A stretch of 64,000 nt of DNA from Spirochaetia bacterium (GTDB taxonomy: Bacteria; Spirochaetota; Spirochaetia; DSM-16054; Sediminispirochaetaceae), in contig JAXHMY010000007.1 of NCBI GenBank assembly GCA_034520965.1, positions 32,001 through 96,000 of the forward strand, read 5' to 3'. Made by a program: the position numbers and the translations under genes. Within the stretch, counting starts at the first letter, position 1. The number at the start of each line of letters is the position of its first letter. A model generated the notes under the pieces. That model was not told the origin of the DNA. It made no database searches and saw only the letters and a list, made by a program, of their open reading frames with translations. Positions 1-7,988 of this stretch are shown here, in pieces.

Positions 1-2
1 TG

Positions 3-551
3 AAAAGTCTCCGTAATGCTGCCATAAAGAACTTCCGGTTTGAGCTGCCTGTTATTCGTTCGGCTGCTAAATTCCCCTCCAACTCTCAATATGAAGAGGC
101 GCTGGGAGAGAATAAGCTCCTGCTGGATAGACTGCGTCGGGCAATTGAGATTGATGGGATCAAAAGACCACTCACCGCCAGCCCACGTCATACTGCAATT
201 GGTATTCCTGCGGTGGCAAATCCTGGTAAAGGCCAGTTCAACTCTCTGTGCAGGGTGGTGACGGTGGATTCCTATGAAGAAGGTAATGTACTCGAACAGT
301 TTGTACTTCAAATCGACAAGGGAATATATGAGAAGGGGTTTGATGAGATAAAGACCACCCTGAATGCCTTTGAGGGCAGAGCCGACATCACGGACAAGGA
401 TGAGAAGGGCAATCAGTATTATCATCCGAATGGCAAAGCCGATGAGCCGGTCTATAGAATTCGTTTCACCGGACCCTCTGAAGATGAGGATACCGATATA
501 AACGGTTTGAGAACCCTTATGAAGATTCTGCGGAAGTATTTTCCGAACTAG
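3..551 (+). CDS. Hypothetical protein, 5'-truncated by the window edge
   Basis: The frame of ORF 213..551 is open back to base 3 (KSLRNAAIKNFRFELPVIRS...); no recognised motif. Confidence 0.6.
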   Translation, partial: KSLRNAAIKNFRFELPVIRSAAKFPSNSQYEEALGENKLLLDRLRRAIEIDGIKRPLTASPRHTAIGIPAVANPGKGQFNSLCRVVTVDSYEEGNVLEQFVLQIDKGIYEKGFDEIKTTLNAFEGRADITDKDEKGNQYYHPNGKADEPVYRIRFTGPSEDEDTDINGLRTLMKILRKYFPN

Positions 552-557
552 ACGTTT

Positions 558-592
558 AGACTCTGTGCTGGTGCGTACCAGGGCAGAGTCTT
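558..592 (+). terminator. Putative intrinsic terminator hairpin
   Basis: agactctg..ctggt-gcgt-accag..cagagtct directly after the stop at 551. Confidence 0.5.
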
Positions 593-622
593 GTTGTATA
601 ACCATTCTGTTTTTTTCCCCAC

Positions 623-641
623 TGTGACAATAAACGGCACA
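623..641. promoter_or_regulatory. Putative WYL-regulator site upstream of dnaE
   Basis: TGTGAC-aataaac-GGCACA, 38 nt before the ATG; TACAGT (-10-like) at 652-657. Confidence 0.7.
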
Positions 642-679
642 CTGATGCTGCTACAGTAGAGGTCTATAGGAGAAAGACA

Positions 680-3076
680 ATGAACGAAAGCAAGAGCCAA
701 TTTTTCCACCTCCATGTCCATTCGGAATACTCCCTCTATGACAGCACTGTTCACCTGCATCGATATGTAGAAGAGGCCACGCACCGGGGATTAAAGCACC
801 TGGCTGTCACAGATAGTGGGAATATGTTCGCTGCGCTTGAGTTCTACAGGCTGTGCCAAGAGGCAGGAATCAATCCCATCATCGGATGTGAGTTTGTCCT
901 CTCCTCCGCCTCTGCTACCACTGACCGAGTAAGTGAGCGTGGGACCATCCTCCTGATTGCAGAGAATAACCAGGGCTACCATAACCTGATGCAGCTGAGC
1001 ACACATTATCATCTTGATAACGCAGAGCTCCTACTCACCGATACTCTGCTGCGGGAATATCATCACTGTCTTATAGCTCTCACCGCTGGGATGGAAGGAG
1101 AAGTATCATGGCAATTAATGCAAGGCAAGTATGAGCAGGCTGAAAATAGGGTGTTGGAGCTGCAGGAGATCTTCGACAAGGATTCACTGTTCTTGGAGCT
1201 CCAAGATAACGGAACAGAAGAGAGTAAGACAGTCAATGAGGGGCTTTCCGTTCTTTCAGCTCGCCTTGGTATTCCGTTGGTTGCTGCTAATCCGGTTCAC
1301 TACCTACATAGAGAAGAGGCGCAGGCCTGTCAGGTCCTCCAGAAAATCGGTTCTCTTTATCACAAGGGAATGAAGTACAACTCGGAAGGACAATCGGATC
1401 AGCAGTACCTTAAAAGTGAAGATGAGATGCATGCTCTCTTCTCTGAGTTTCCGGAGGCCATCGAGAATACGCTGCACATTGCCCAGAGGTGCAGAATAGG
1501 TCTTCCCATGAGTGCTCCTGAATTACCGATGTTGGATATCCCAAGTGAATACCCATCCTCCCATGAGTATCTCAGGGCTCTGGTGATGGAAGGTCTATCT
1601 GGTCGGTATAAACAGGTTTCGCAGGAGGCATATGAGAGAATAGAGAAGGAGCTTGCGGCGCTACAACAGGTTGGGTATACCGATTATCTCCTTATTGTTG
1701 CTGACTATATCGGTTTTGCCTGTAAGAGTGACATTCCAGTGGGACCTGGCAGGGGTGCTGCAGCTGGTTCTCTTGTCGCATATGCCCTGGGAATAACTGA
1801 CATTGATCCTCTGAAGTATGGGCTTCTCTCTGAACGGTTCCTCAACCCTGAACGGATTGCCAGCCCAGATATTGATACCGACTTCTGCTATGATCGGCGT
1901 TGGGAAGTGATGGATTATGTGAGGGATAAGTTTGGAGAAGATCGTACAGCCAATATCATCACCTTTGGAAGGTATAAAGCTCGGTTGGCTGTTCGTGATG
2001 TTGGCAGAGCAATGGGGCTTTCTTATTCTGAGATAGAATCTTTGGCCAGGAAGATTCCATTACAACCAAGTATGAACCTTAAAAGAGCTTTGGAAGATAA
2101 TGTCTATCTGCAAAGGGCAGCAGCTGAAAACCCGTTGAATGGAAAAGCTCTGATGATAGCACAGGTGTTGGAAGGCCTTCCTATTCAGGTTTCAACCCAT
2201 GCAGCTGGTATCGTCATTTCTCGGAAGGCAATTACATCTTACTCTCCCCTGTATAGGGACCGGCAGCACTATGCTGCATGCACCCAGTACACAAGTGACC
2301 GCCTAACCGAACTGGGGCTGGTAAGGTACGACTTTCTGGGCTTCAAGGTGCTGACCCTCCTACAACAGTGCCGAGATAAGATTCGGGAGAATAGATCAGG
2401 TTTTGAGCTTACTCACATTCCTGATGACGATAAGCTTACCTTCCAACTGCTGGGAGACGGCACTACCACGGGAGTTTTCCTCTGCGAGAGCTCCGGTATG
2501 AAGGGCATTCTCCAGAAGGACAAGCCTCAGAATATCGAAGAGCTTACCGCCCTCACTGCACTCTATCGGCCAGGGGCCATGGAGCTGATACCGAGGTATA
2601 TTGAAGCAAAGCAGTCCGGTAGACTTGCGCATTTAATTCCAGATCTTGAGACTATCCTGGCCTCAACCTATGGAATTCTCGTGTATCAAGAGCAGATTAT
2701 GGAAATAGCCCATGCTGTGGCAGGGTGGCCCTACGGAAAGGCTGATATTCTCAGGCGAACCTTGTCGAAGCCGAATGAGCAGCTCGGAGTATCGATGAAG
2801 AGAGGCTTCGTTAAAGATGCAATGGGGCTTGGTGTGTCTAAGGATTCTGCGGAAGGGATTTTTGAAATGCTAACTGAAGCTGGTACATATGCTGTACTCA
2901 AGGCTCATAGCATATCTTACTCGCTGTTGGCCTACCGGTCTGCATTCCTGAAGGCTCATTTCCCTCAAGAGTTCATGCAGAGCTTGTTGAAGGTTGAAGA
3001 GGATAATCCAGCCAAGTATGAAGATTACAGCAAGGAAGCTGCACGAATGGGGCTGTTAACTGATACGTTTTCGTAG
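680..3076 (+). CDS. dnaE: DNA polymerase III alpha (C-family), short form: PHP plus palm/thumb/fingers only
   Basis: HLHVHSEYS, GPGRGAAAGSLVAY, SERFLNPER, PDIDTDF, THAAGIVI, YDFLG, YQEQIM; ends at 798 aa just after KAHFPQEFM, with no HhH/clamp-binding, OB-fold or CTD. Confidence 0.92.
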   Translation: MNESKSQFFHLHVHSEYSLYDSTVHLHRYVEEATHRGLKHLAVTDSGNMFAALEFYRLCQEAGINPIIGCEFVLSSASATTDRVSERGTILLIAENNQGYHNLMQLSTHYHLDNAELLLTDTLLREYHHCLIALTAGMEGEVSWQLMQGKYEQAENRVLELQEIFDKDSLFLELQDNGTEESKTVNEGLSVLSARLGIPLVAANPVHYLHREEAQACQVLQKIGSLYHKGMKYNSEGQSDQQYLKSEDEMHALFSEFPEAIENTLHIAQRCRIGLPMSAPELPMLDIPSEYPSSHEYLRALVMEGLSGRYKQVSQEAYERIEKELAALQQVGYTDYLLIVADYIGFACKSDIPVGPGRGAAAGSLVAYALGITDIDPLKYGLLSERFLNPERIASPDIDTDFCYDRRWEVMDYVRDKFGEDRTANIITFGRYKARLAVRDVGRAMGLSYSEIESLARKIPLQPSMNLKRALEDNVYLQRAAAENPLNGKALMIAQVLEGLPIQVSTHAAGIVISRKAITSYSPLYRDRQHYAACTQYTSDRLTELGLVRYDFLGFKVLTLLQQCRDKIRENRSGFELTHIPDDDKLTFQLLGDGTTTGVFLCESSGMKGILQKDKPQNIEELTALTALYRPGAMELIPRYIEAKQSGRLAHLIPDLETILASTYGILVYQEQIMEIAHAVAGWPYGKADILRRTLSKPNEQLGVSMKRGFVKDAMGLGVSKDSAEGIFEMLTEAGTYAVLKAHSISYSLLAYRSAFLKAHFPQEFMQSLLKVEEDNPAKYEDYSKEAARMGLLTDTFS

Positions 3077-3084
3077 CAGAGGCA

Positions 3085-3801
3085 TTACTCCTCCGGAAGA
3101 GCATCGAAGAACTTGTAAATCAGCCAAGAGGGCTTTTTCTCACCGGTTACTTTGTCCACTGGTGCAGTAAGTGGATAATACCCGTCATTGAGGGCCCGTT
3201 GTACGGTGGTATAGTATCCAGAACGATCTCCCCATATCTGAACTTCTCCGTATTGAGGATCGGTGGAGATGATTGGCTGGGTAATTGTCGGTAAACCTTG
3301 GGAGACTGGTTCTCCTCCGAACATGAGGCTGTGGTCGCCTTTCTGGAAGAGTATAAAGAAGTTCAATTGGTATCTGTTTACAGCTCGCTTAAGATCATCC
3401 GGCATAGACCGCCATGCGTTTCTGTACCACCTGTTAAGTTGGAGCATGTAGATTTGAGGAACACTGATAGGAAGGAGTCTCCGATTACCAGGTTTGAATG
3501 GACGACCGAAAGCATCTTTGGGTGGCTCCTCCGGGGTGTAATCCGGGATCATGATGATAAGTTGTATCTGGTTATTAGCAGCACTGGCACCTACTCGATA
3601 ATCAAAAGCTGGTTCCATATTGCCGAGGCGTTCGGTTATAAACTCTTCGTCGAAGTGGGGTTTCAAGGTTTCTGGTAGCTGGTTAAAGACCTGCAAGGAC
3701 TTTCCGCTGGAAAGGTTGTAGGTGGTCTGGGCTTCCAGGCCTATGGATAAAACAAGGGTGAGAATTGCAGACAAGATAAGTGGTTTCAAATTGTTCTTCA
3801 T
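3085..3801 (-). CDS. Hypothetical exported protein
   Basis: 238 aa; signal peptide MKNNLKPLILSAILTLVLSIGLEA; RBS aaggag. Confidence 0.75.
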   Translation of the reverse strand: MKNNLKPLILSAILTLVLSIGLEAQTTYNLSSGKSLQVFNQLPETLKPHFDEEFITERLGNMEPAFDYRVGASAANNQIQLIIMIPDYTPEEPPKDAFGRPFKPGNRRLLPISVPQIYMLQLNRWYRNAWRSMPDDLKRAVNRYQLNFFILFQKGDHSLMFGGEPVSQGLPTITQPIISTDPQYGEVQIWGDRSGYYTTVQRALNDGYYPLTAPVDKVTGEKKPSWLIYKFFDALPEE

Positions 3802-3850
3802 GCAGAAGCTCCTTCGTCAGTTGGTTACAACCCTACTAATATCAGCTGTG

Positions 3851-3869
3851 TGTGCCGATTTTTGGCACA
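3851..3869. promoter_or_regulatory. Putative WYL-regulator site upstream of the exported protein gene
   Basis: Perfect TGTGCC-gattttt-GGCACA, 49 nt before the ATG at 3801. Confidence 0.7.
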
Positions 3870-3969
3870 GAGGGCTTTTCTTTTAAGTAGTAGGTTGAAC
3901 AATTTGAATAAAGAAATTAGACATTCTAATGAAACCAGAAAGGGGGGACGGAATAATATGAGCTTGTTT

Positions 3970-5454
3970 TTACAGCCCCTCTCGAAGATGCTGATACAGC
4001 CTAACCATCGCAAGAGTATCCAGACGACAGTACTCCTTAAGCCCCTGTGCCAGTTCTAGACGTTTGGACCGGTCTTCTTCTTTTATAAGCTGGTCCCATA
4101 CCACCTGGGCAGCTCCTCCGTTCTGCACATCAAGGTCCTTGTAGCTAAGTTCCGGTACCAGTACTGGCAGAATAGCTTTGATAGAGTTCGACCCTCCGAA
4201 TGCAGGATGGAAGTAGTAGTCTCTGAAGATCTTCATGAGGTCGAAGAACCTGTCCAGCATTCCTCTTAGCTGAGTTCGGTATTCTGGGGTAACAAAAGAA
4301 AGTTCTTTTATTACTCGCTTCTCGAAGCTGTCGTTGAAGGCAATGATGGTACCGTCTGGGCCAATATCTCGGCAGAGCTGTTCGGCCAATGGCCCTCTGG
4401 GGTCGGTATTATCTGTATGCAAATATTCGCTGTGGCTCAGCTCTCCATTCTCTTGCAGGATGTGCAGGCTGTATTGGAAGGCATACTGGTCATAGGGCCG
4501 TAATCCTGGAAGCCTTGGGACTGCGTCCATTTGGGTCTCGAAGTCAAGGAAATATAAGGGGTACTGGAGTGCGGCAAGCTCGTCTCTAATAGCCGGCCAT
4601 AGTATCTGTGCTTTGTTTTGATCGAAAAGTCCCACGTATCGTCTCTGGTTCTCTGAGAAGGGAAAGGTGTCCGGAATATCGTAGATTGAATAGATGTCCT
4701 GAGCAGTGAGCCTGTCGATCTTCTGTGCACTTATCCGGGGAATGGAGAAGATGGAAGGCTCCTTCACCTCCCTCCAGCAGTGGTCTTTGAATGGACATTC
4801 ATAGGGCTGCAGGCAGTGTTTTCCGATTTTAATATCCGGTGCTTGGGGTAACTGGAGGATTGAATGGAACTCTGCGACCTTCGGGTGTAATGCCTTCCAC
4901 ACTATCTCCGTCTCCTCGGTGATATCATCCAGTTCAAAGAGCTCCTGAAGGTCTGGGTATCGGCACTTACGGTTTAGATGCATCAGGTATACCCCTGAAA
5001 CTTCAAGGCCTGAACCTTCCACTACATAGCGCTGCACTGCACTGTCGGCTATATGGGTGTCGCTGGTCTTGGTGGTGGATTTAACCTCAATGACGTTCCA
5101 GGTTCCGTCGATTCGCTGCTGGAGAATGTCTACCCGTACGAAGATACCGTCGAAAAGGAAGGCTGGTTCAAAGAGGACCGGAGCTCCCTGCTGTAAAAGT
5201 TCTTGGGTGTGTTTTAGTGTTCTTTCCGGTTGCCGGAAGTCTCCGTCTACAAGTACCCCTTCGGGGTATTGCTCACAGGCAAGCTCTCCGACAGTATGCC
5301 CTGTATCGAAGATACGCTGCTGGGATGGAGTAGGAGGGCTTGCCAGGTCTCTATGGTATGTCTCTAAGTACAGACGTTTGCTGCACTGAAGGCCGTTGAT
5401 GAATCTGCTTTTGCTCAGTGAACTGTATTTTGTTTTTTCTTTACTCCCATTCAT
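3970..5454 (-). CDS. DUF2779-like protein: Cas4-like PD-(D/E)XK nuclease fused to an RNase H/DEDD-like exonuclease
   Basis: LSKSRF..QCSKRLYL, RVDIL..EVKS, CLQPYECPFKDHC (1+3 Cys), then YFLDFET, FNDSFE, EYCRLD. Confidence 0.85.
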   Translation of the reverse strand: MNGSKEKTKYSSLSKSRFINGLQCSKRLYLETYHRDLASPPTPSQQRIFDTGHTVGELACEQYPEGVLVDGDFRQPERTLKHTQELLQQGAPVLFEPAFLFDGIFVRVDILQQRIDGTWNVIEVKSTTKTSDTHIADSAVQRYVVEGSGLEVSGVYLMHLNRKCRYPDLQELFELDDITEETEIVWKALHPKVAEFHSILQLPQAPDIKIGKHCLQPYECPFKDHCWREVKEPSIFSIPRISAQKIDRLTAQDIYSIYDIPDTFPFSENQRRYVGLFDQNKAQILWPAIRDELAALQYPLYFLDFETQMDAVPRLPGLRPYDQYAFQYSLHILQENGELSHSEYLHTDNTDPRGPLAEQLCRDIGPDGTIIAFNDSFEKRVIKELSFVTPEYRTQLRGMLDRFFDLMKIFRDYYFHPAFGGSNSIKAILPVLVPELSYKDLDVQNGGAAQVVWDQLIKEEDRSKRLELAQGLKEYCRLDTLAMVRLYQHLREGL

Positions 5455-5472
5455 TATGCTAACTCCTCTGAT

Positions 5473-6507
5473 CTAACGGTTATACACCTTTGAAAGGGAG
5501 CTTATCAGCATCTTAAACTCTTCGATGAGCTCCGGTGGATTGGTTATTTTGGCTTGGTCCCCGAAGCTCAAAACCCAACGGAGCACATCAGCCTTGCCGG
5601 ATGTTTCCATAGTTAAGCTAAGCGAACCGTCCTGCTGTTCGGTAATTTCCTGGTTTTTCGCCCATGTTCTGCCGCGAACCCTCCGGGCGGCGGCCGAGGT
5701 AAACTGGATGGTGATCTCTACAGCGTCTCCAAGAGTAAGGTCAAAAGTAGTTTCAAGTAGTTCCTCCGGGTAGAAGTTATTCGGTTCATCAAAATGTTTA
5801 TTGAGTAAGCTAATTTCTTCTATTCTGTCGACTGCAAGGATGCGAATTACTTTTGGGCCGGGAAGTTGTGCAAAGAGGTATAAAGCGCCGTCGTGTTCAA
5901 AAAGCCGAAGCGGATCTATATTGTAGCTCTTAGTGCGGCCATGGGACAGGGCTGTGTAGGTGACTGTGCAGGAGATTCGTTCCACGATTGCCTTTAATAG
6001 ATTCTCAAAAATTACTTCGAAGTGCGAATAGTTTTTGGGGTGGTGAGAAGCGGAGACGAATATCGACTGAAGGCGATCGGTTTGGGCTGCTGAAAGGTAG
6101 TCGGCGGGTATTAGTAGACCGAGTTTCTGCCGTACCGAAGCGAGCAGACTCTCTACCGGTGTACCGGTAAATACTCGATCACGGGAGAGAAGAAAGTAGA
6201 GTGCCAGCTGTTCTCGCAATGTCAGTTTTACATCCGGCAGCCGCAGGTTCGGGAGGTTGTGTAGATAGCTCTCCTCCAGGTGCCAGCGTTTCTCCCTTTC
6301 TCCGGGAATCGTATTATCATAGACCGGAAATTGAAGCTGCTCCAACGTTTCGAAAAGACGATACACCGATCTTCTAGAAATACCCAGCTGTCTTTGCAGC
6401 TCTTTAACTGTTACCCCCTGTGGGTTTGAAAGAGCATCGATTGCCCTGAGAATTTTTATTAAATTTCTTCCATGCACATTGTCAGAATACTCTGTTTTCC
6501 GGTTCAT
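5473..6507 (-). CDS. WYL-domain transcriptional regulator (wHTH-WYL-WCX, PafBC/DriD-like)
   Basis: HTH VTVKELQRQLGISRRSVYR; IDPLRL..ALYLFA..LAVDRI; C-terminal LRWVLSFGDQAKITNP. Confidence 0.92.
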   Translation of the reverse strand: MNRKTEYSDNVHGRNLIKILRAIDALSNPQGVTVKELQRQLGISRRSVYRLFETLEQLQFPVYDNTIPGEREKRWHLEESYLHNLPNLRLPDVKLTLREQLALYFLLSRDRVFTGTPVESLLASVRQKLGLLIPADYLSAAQTDRLQSIFVSASHHPKNYSHFEVIFENLLKAIVERISCTVTYTALSHGRTKSYNIDPLRLFEHDGALYLFAQLPGPKVIRILAVDRIEEISLLNKHFDEPNNFYPEELLETTFDLTLGDAVEITIQFTSAAARRVRGRTWAKNQEITEQQDGSLSLTMETSGKADVLRWVLSFGDQAKITNPPELIEEFKMLISSLSKVYNR

Positions 6508-6543
6508 CGCAAGCTCGCAGTAGTATCATTACTACTCCACAAC

Positions 6544-6562
6544 TGTGCCGAAATCAGGCACA
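6544..6562. promoter_or_regulatory. Putative autoregulatory WYL site
   Basis: Perfect TGTGCC-gaaatca-GGCACA, 36 nt before the WYL ATG. Confidence 0.75.
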
Positions 6563-6573
6563 ATAAAAGACTT

Positions 6574-7455
6574 TTAAGTAACATTTTCCTTTGATGTGAG
6601 GGTCTTGAAGAAGTCTTCATCTTCAATCCGAGATATGGGACTGCTGTTCCATTGGTCTAAGTATTCGCCTAATATAGACAGCAGCTTTCTGTTTGTCTTG
6701 TTCTCAATTTTTTCAATTAAGTTCTTCGCCGTATTGAAACCCAGAACAGGCAAGGAGGAAGAAGCAGAATTACTAAAGAGTTTCTCTGTCACCGATTGCG
6801 GGGCGATTAGCAAAGGAGAGTAGTTAATATGGCTTAGGTCGGGGACAGTATCCTCTGACTTTAAAAACTTAGCCTTCTGAAATCTGTTGGTGTTGTTAAA
6901 AAAATCCTCGAACATATTGCCGAGGCGTTTGGTGAGGCCCATTGCACTGAAATTGTGGAGCAGATACAGGTACTTTCTCGGATTATTGCTTGCTAAAATC
7001 ATTTCGATGATTTCCGATACAATTCCGCCAAAATTCCCTCTTTCCTGCGGAATGCTGGTCTGCAGCTGCTCCATATACTCATTCTGGGTCTCTCGTGCGG
7101 AGCTTTCATCGGTCTTTAGCTCAACGAAGAGTACGTTCTCTATGCGCTTTAGCTCCTTATCGGGAATGAAGAGGGCGAAGTCCACGGCAATAGCCTGGTG
7201 ATGGTCGGTTTCCTTAAAAAAACGAAGGGGGAGAGGAAATTCAGGAATGATATGTGCCTTAGCCATGCACTCCGCTGAGATCTCCTTAGGCAAAGAACTG
7301 TTTCCATTCCTAACAAATTGTGCAAGTAAATCCGGAAGAATGAAGGAGAGAATTACATCAAAATGGCGTTCGAGCTGGAACTTCGGATAAAACCTCCACT
7401 TGTTTAATCTTGATAATAATGATTCGATTGTGAATTCCGGCTGTTCTTTATACAT
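6574..7455 (-). CDS. Putative PD-(D/E)XK (restriction-endonuclease-like) protein
   Basis: PKFQLERHFD..PEFPL..AVDFALF..FVELKTD; AT-rich. Confidence 0.6.
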   Translation of the reverse strand: MYKEQPEFTIESLLSRLNKWRFYPKFQLERHFDVILSFILPDLLAQFVRNGNSSLPKEISAECMAKAHIIPEFPLPLRFFKETDHHQAIAVDFALFIPDKELKRIENVLFVELKTDESSARETQNEYMEQLQTSIPQERGNFGGIVSEIIEMILASNNPRKYLYLLHNFSAMGLTKRLGNMFEDFFNNTNRFQKAKFLKSEDTVPDLSHINYSPLLIAPQSVTEKLFSNSASSSLPVLGFNTAKNLIEKIENKTNRKLLSILGEYLDQWNSSPISRIEDEDFFKTLTSKENVT

Positions 7456-7594
7456 GTTCTACCTCCCATATACTATTAATGATAAAGGTTGTTTTAGCTT
7501 TTTGAAATAATAAGGTCAAATTTAAAACTGAAAATTATTGTAGAAAGAAGCTGACGGTTTCTACTGCCCTTACTTCGTTCCGGTACGCATCGGT

Positions 7595-7823
7595 TCCGGA
7601 TCAAGTCCTGCCGGGTCCCAGCCACACAATAAAAAAGCGGCCTGTTTTGCAACAAACCGCTTTTTCATTTTGGGCCCACCCTACGTTTTCTCCTTCGGAG
7701 AAAGCCTCGGGCTTGCACTTTGCTGGCGCAAAGTGCTTGGCCAGGACTTTTTCAAGTCCTGGCGCTAACACCAAAAAAATAGCCGTCCGCAAGTAGCGAA
7801 CGGCTATTTTTTATGGGCCCACC
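7595..7823. repeat. tRNA-linked tandem hairpin units with duplicated tRNA 3'-end pieces
   Basis: tgggcccacc at 7671-7680 and 7814-7823; tcaagtcctg at 7601 and 7752; terminator-like hairpins at 7631-7665 and 7774-7812. Confidence 0.6.
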
Positions 7824-7887
7824 AGGACTTGAACCTGGGACGCCCTGATTATGAGTCAGGTGCTCTAACCAACTGAGCTATAGGCCC
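7814..7887 (-). tRNA. tRNA(CAT), probably Ile2 (lysidine-modified); Met not excluded
   Basis: GGGCCTATAGCTCAGTTGGTTAGAGCACCTGACTCATAATCAGGGCGTCCCAGGTTCAAGTCCTGGTGGGCCCA; CCA not encoded. Confidence 0.93.
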
Positions 7888-7988
7888 GATAGACTGCATA
7901 ATACCGAAAATGGGGCTTTTATGTCAATATCGGGGTTTCTGAGCTTAAGATATTTTGAGCAGATAGTTTGAGTCTATATTTGGCATGT

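Noticed and set aside
2860..3076. Split-intein DnaE-N as an explanation for the short dnaE
   Set aside because: The protein runs past the cyanobacterial split point and has no intein N-terminal (CL..) segment.
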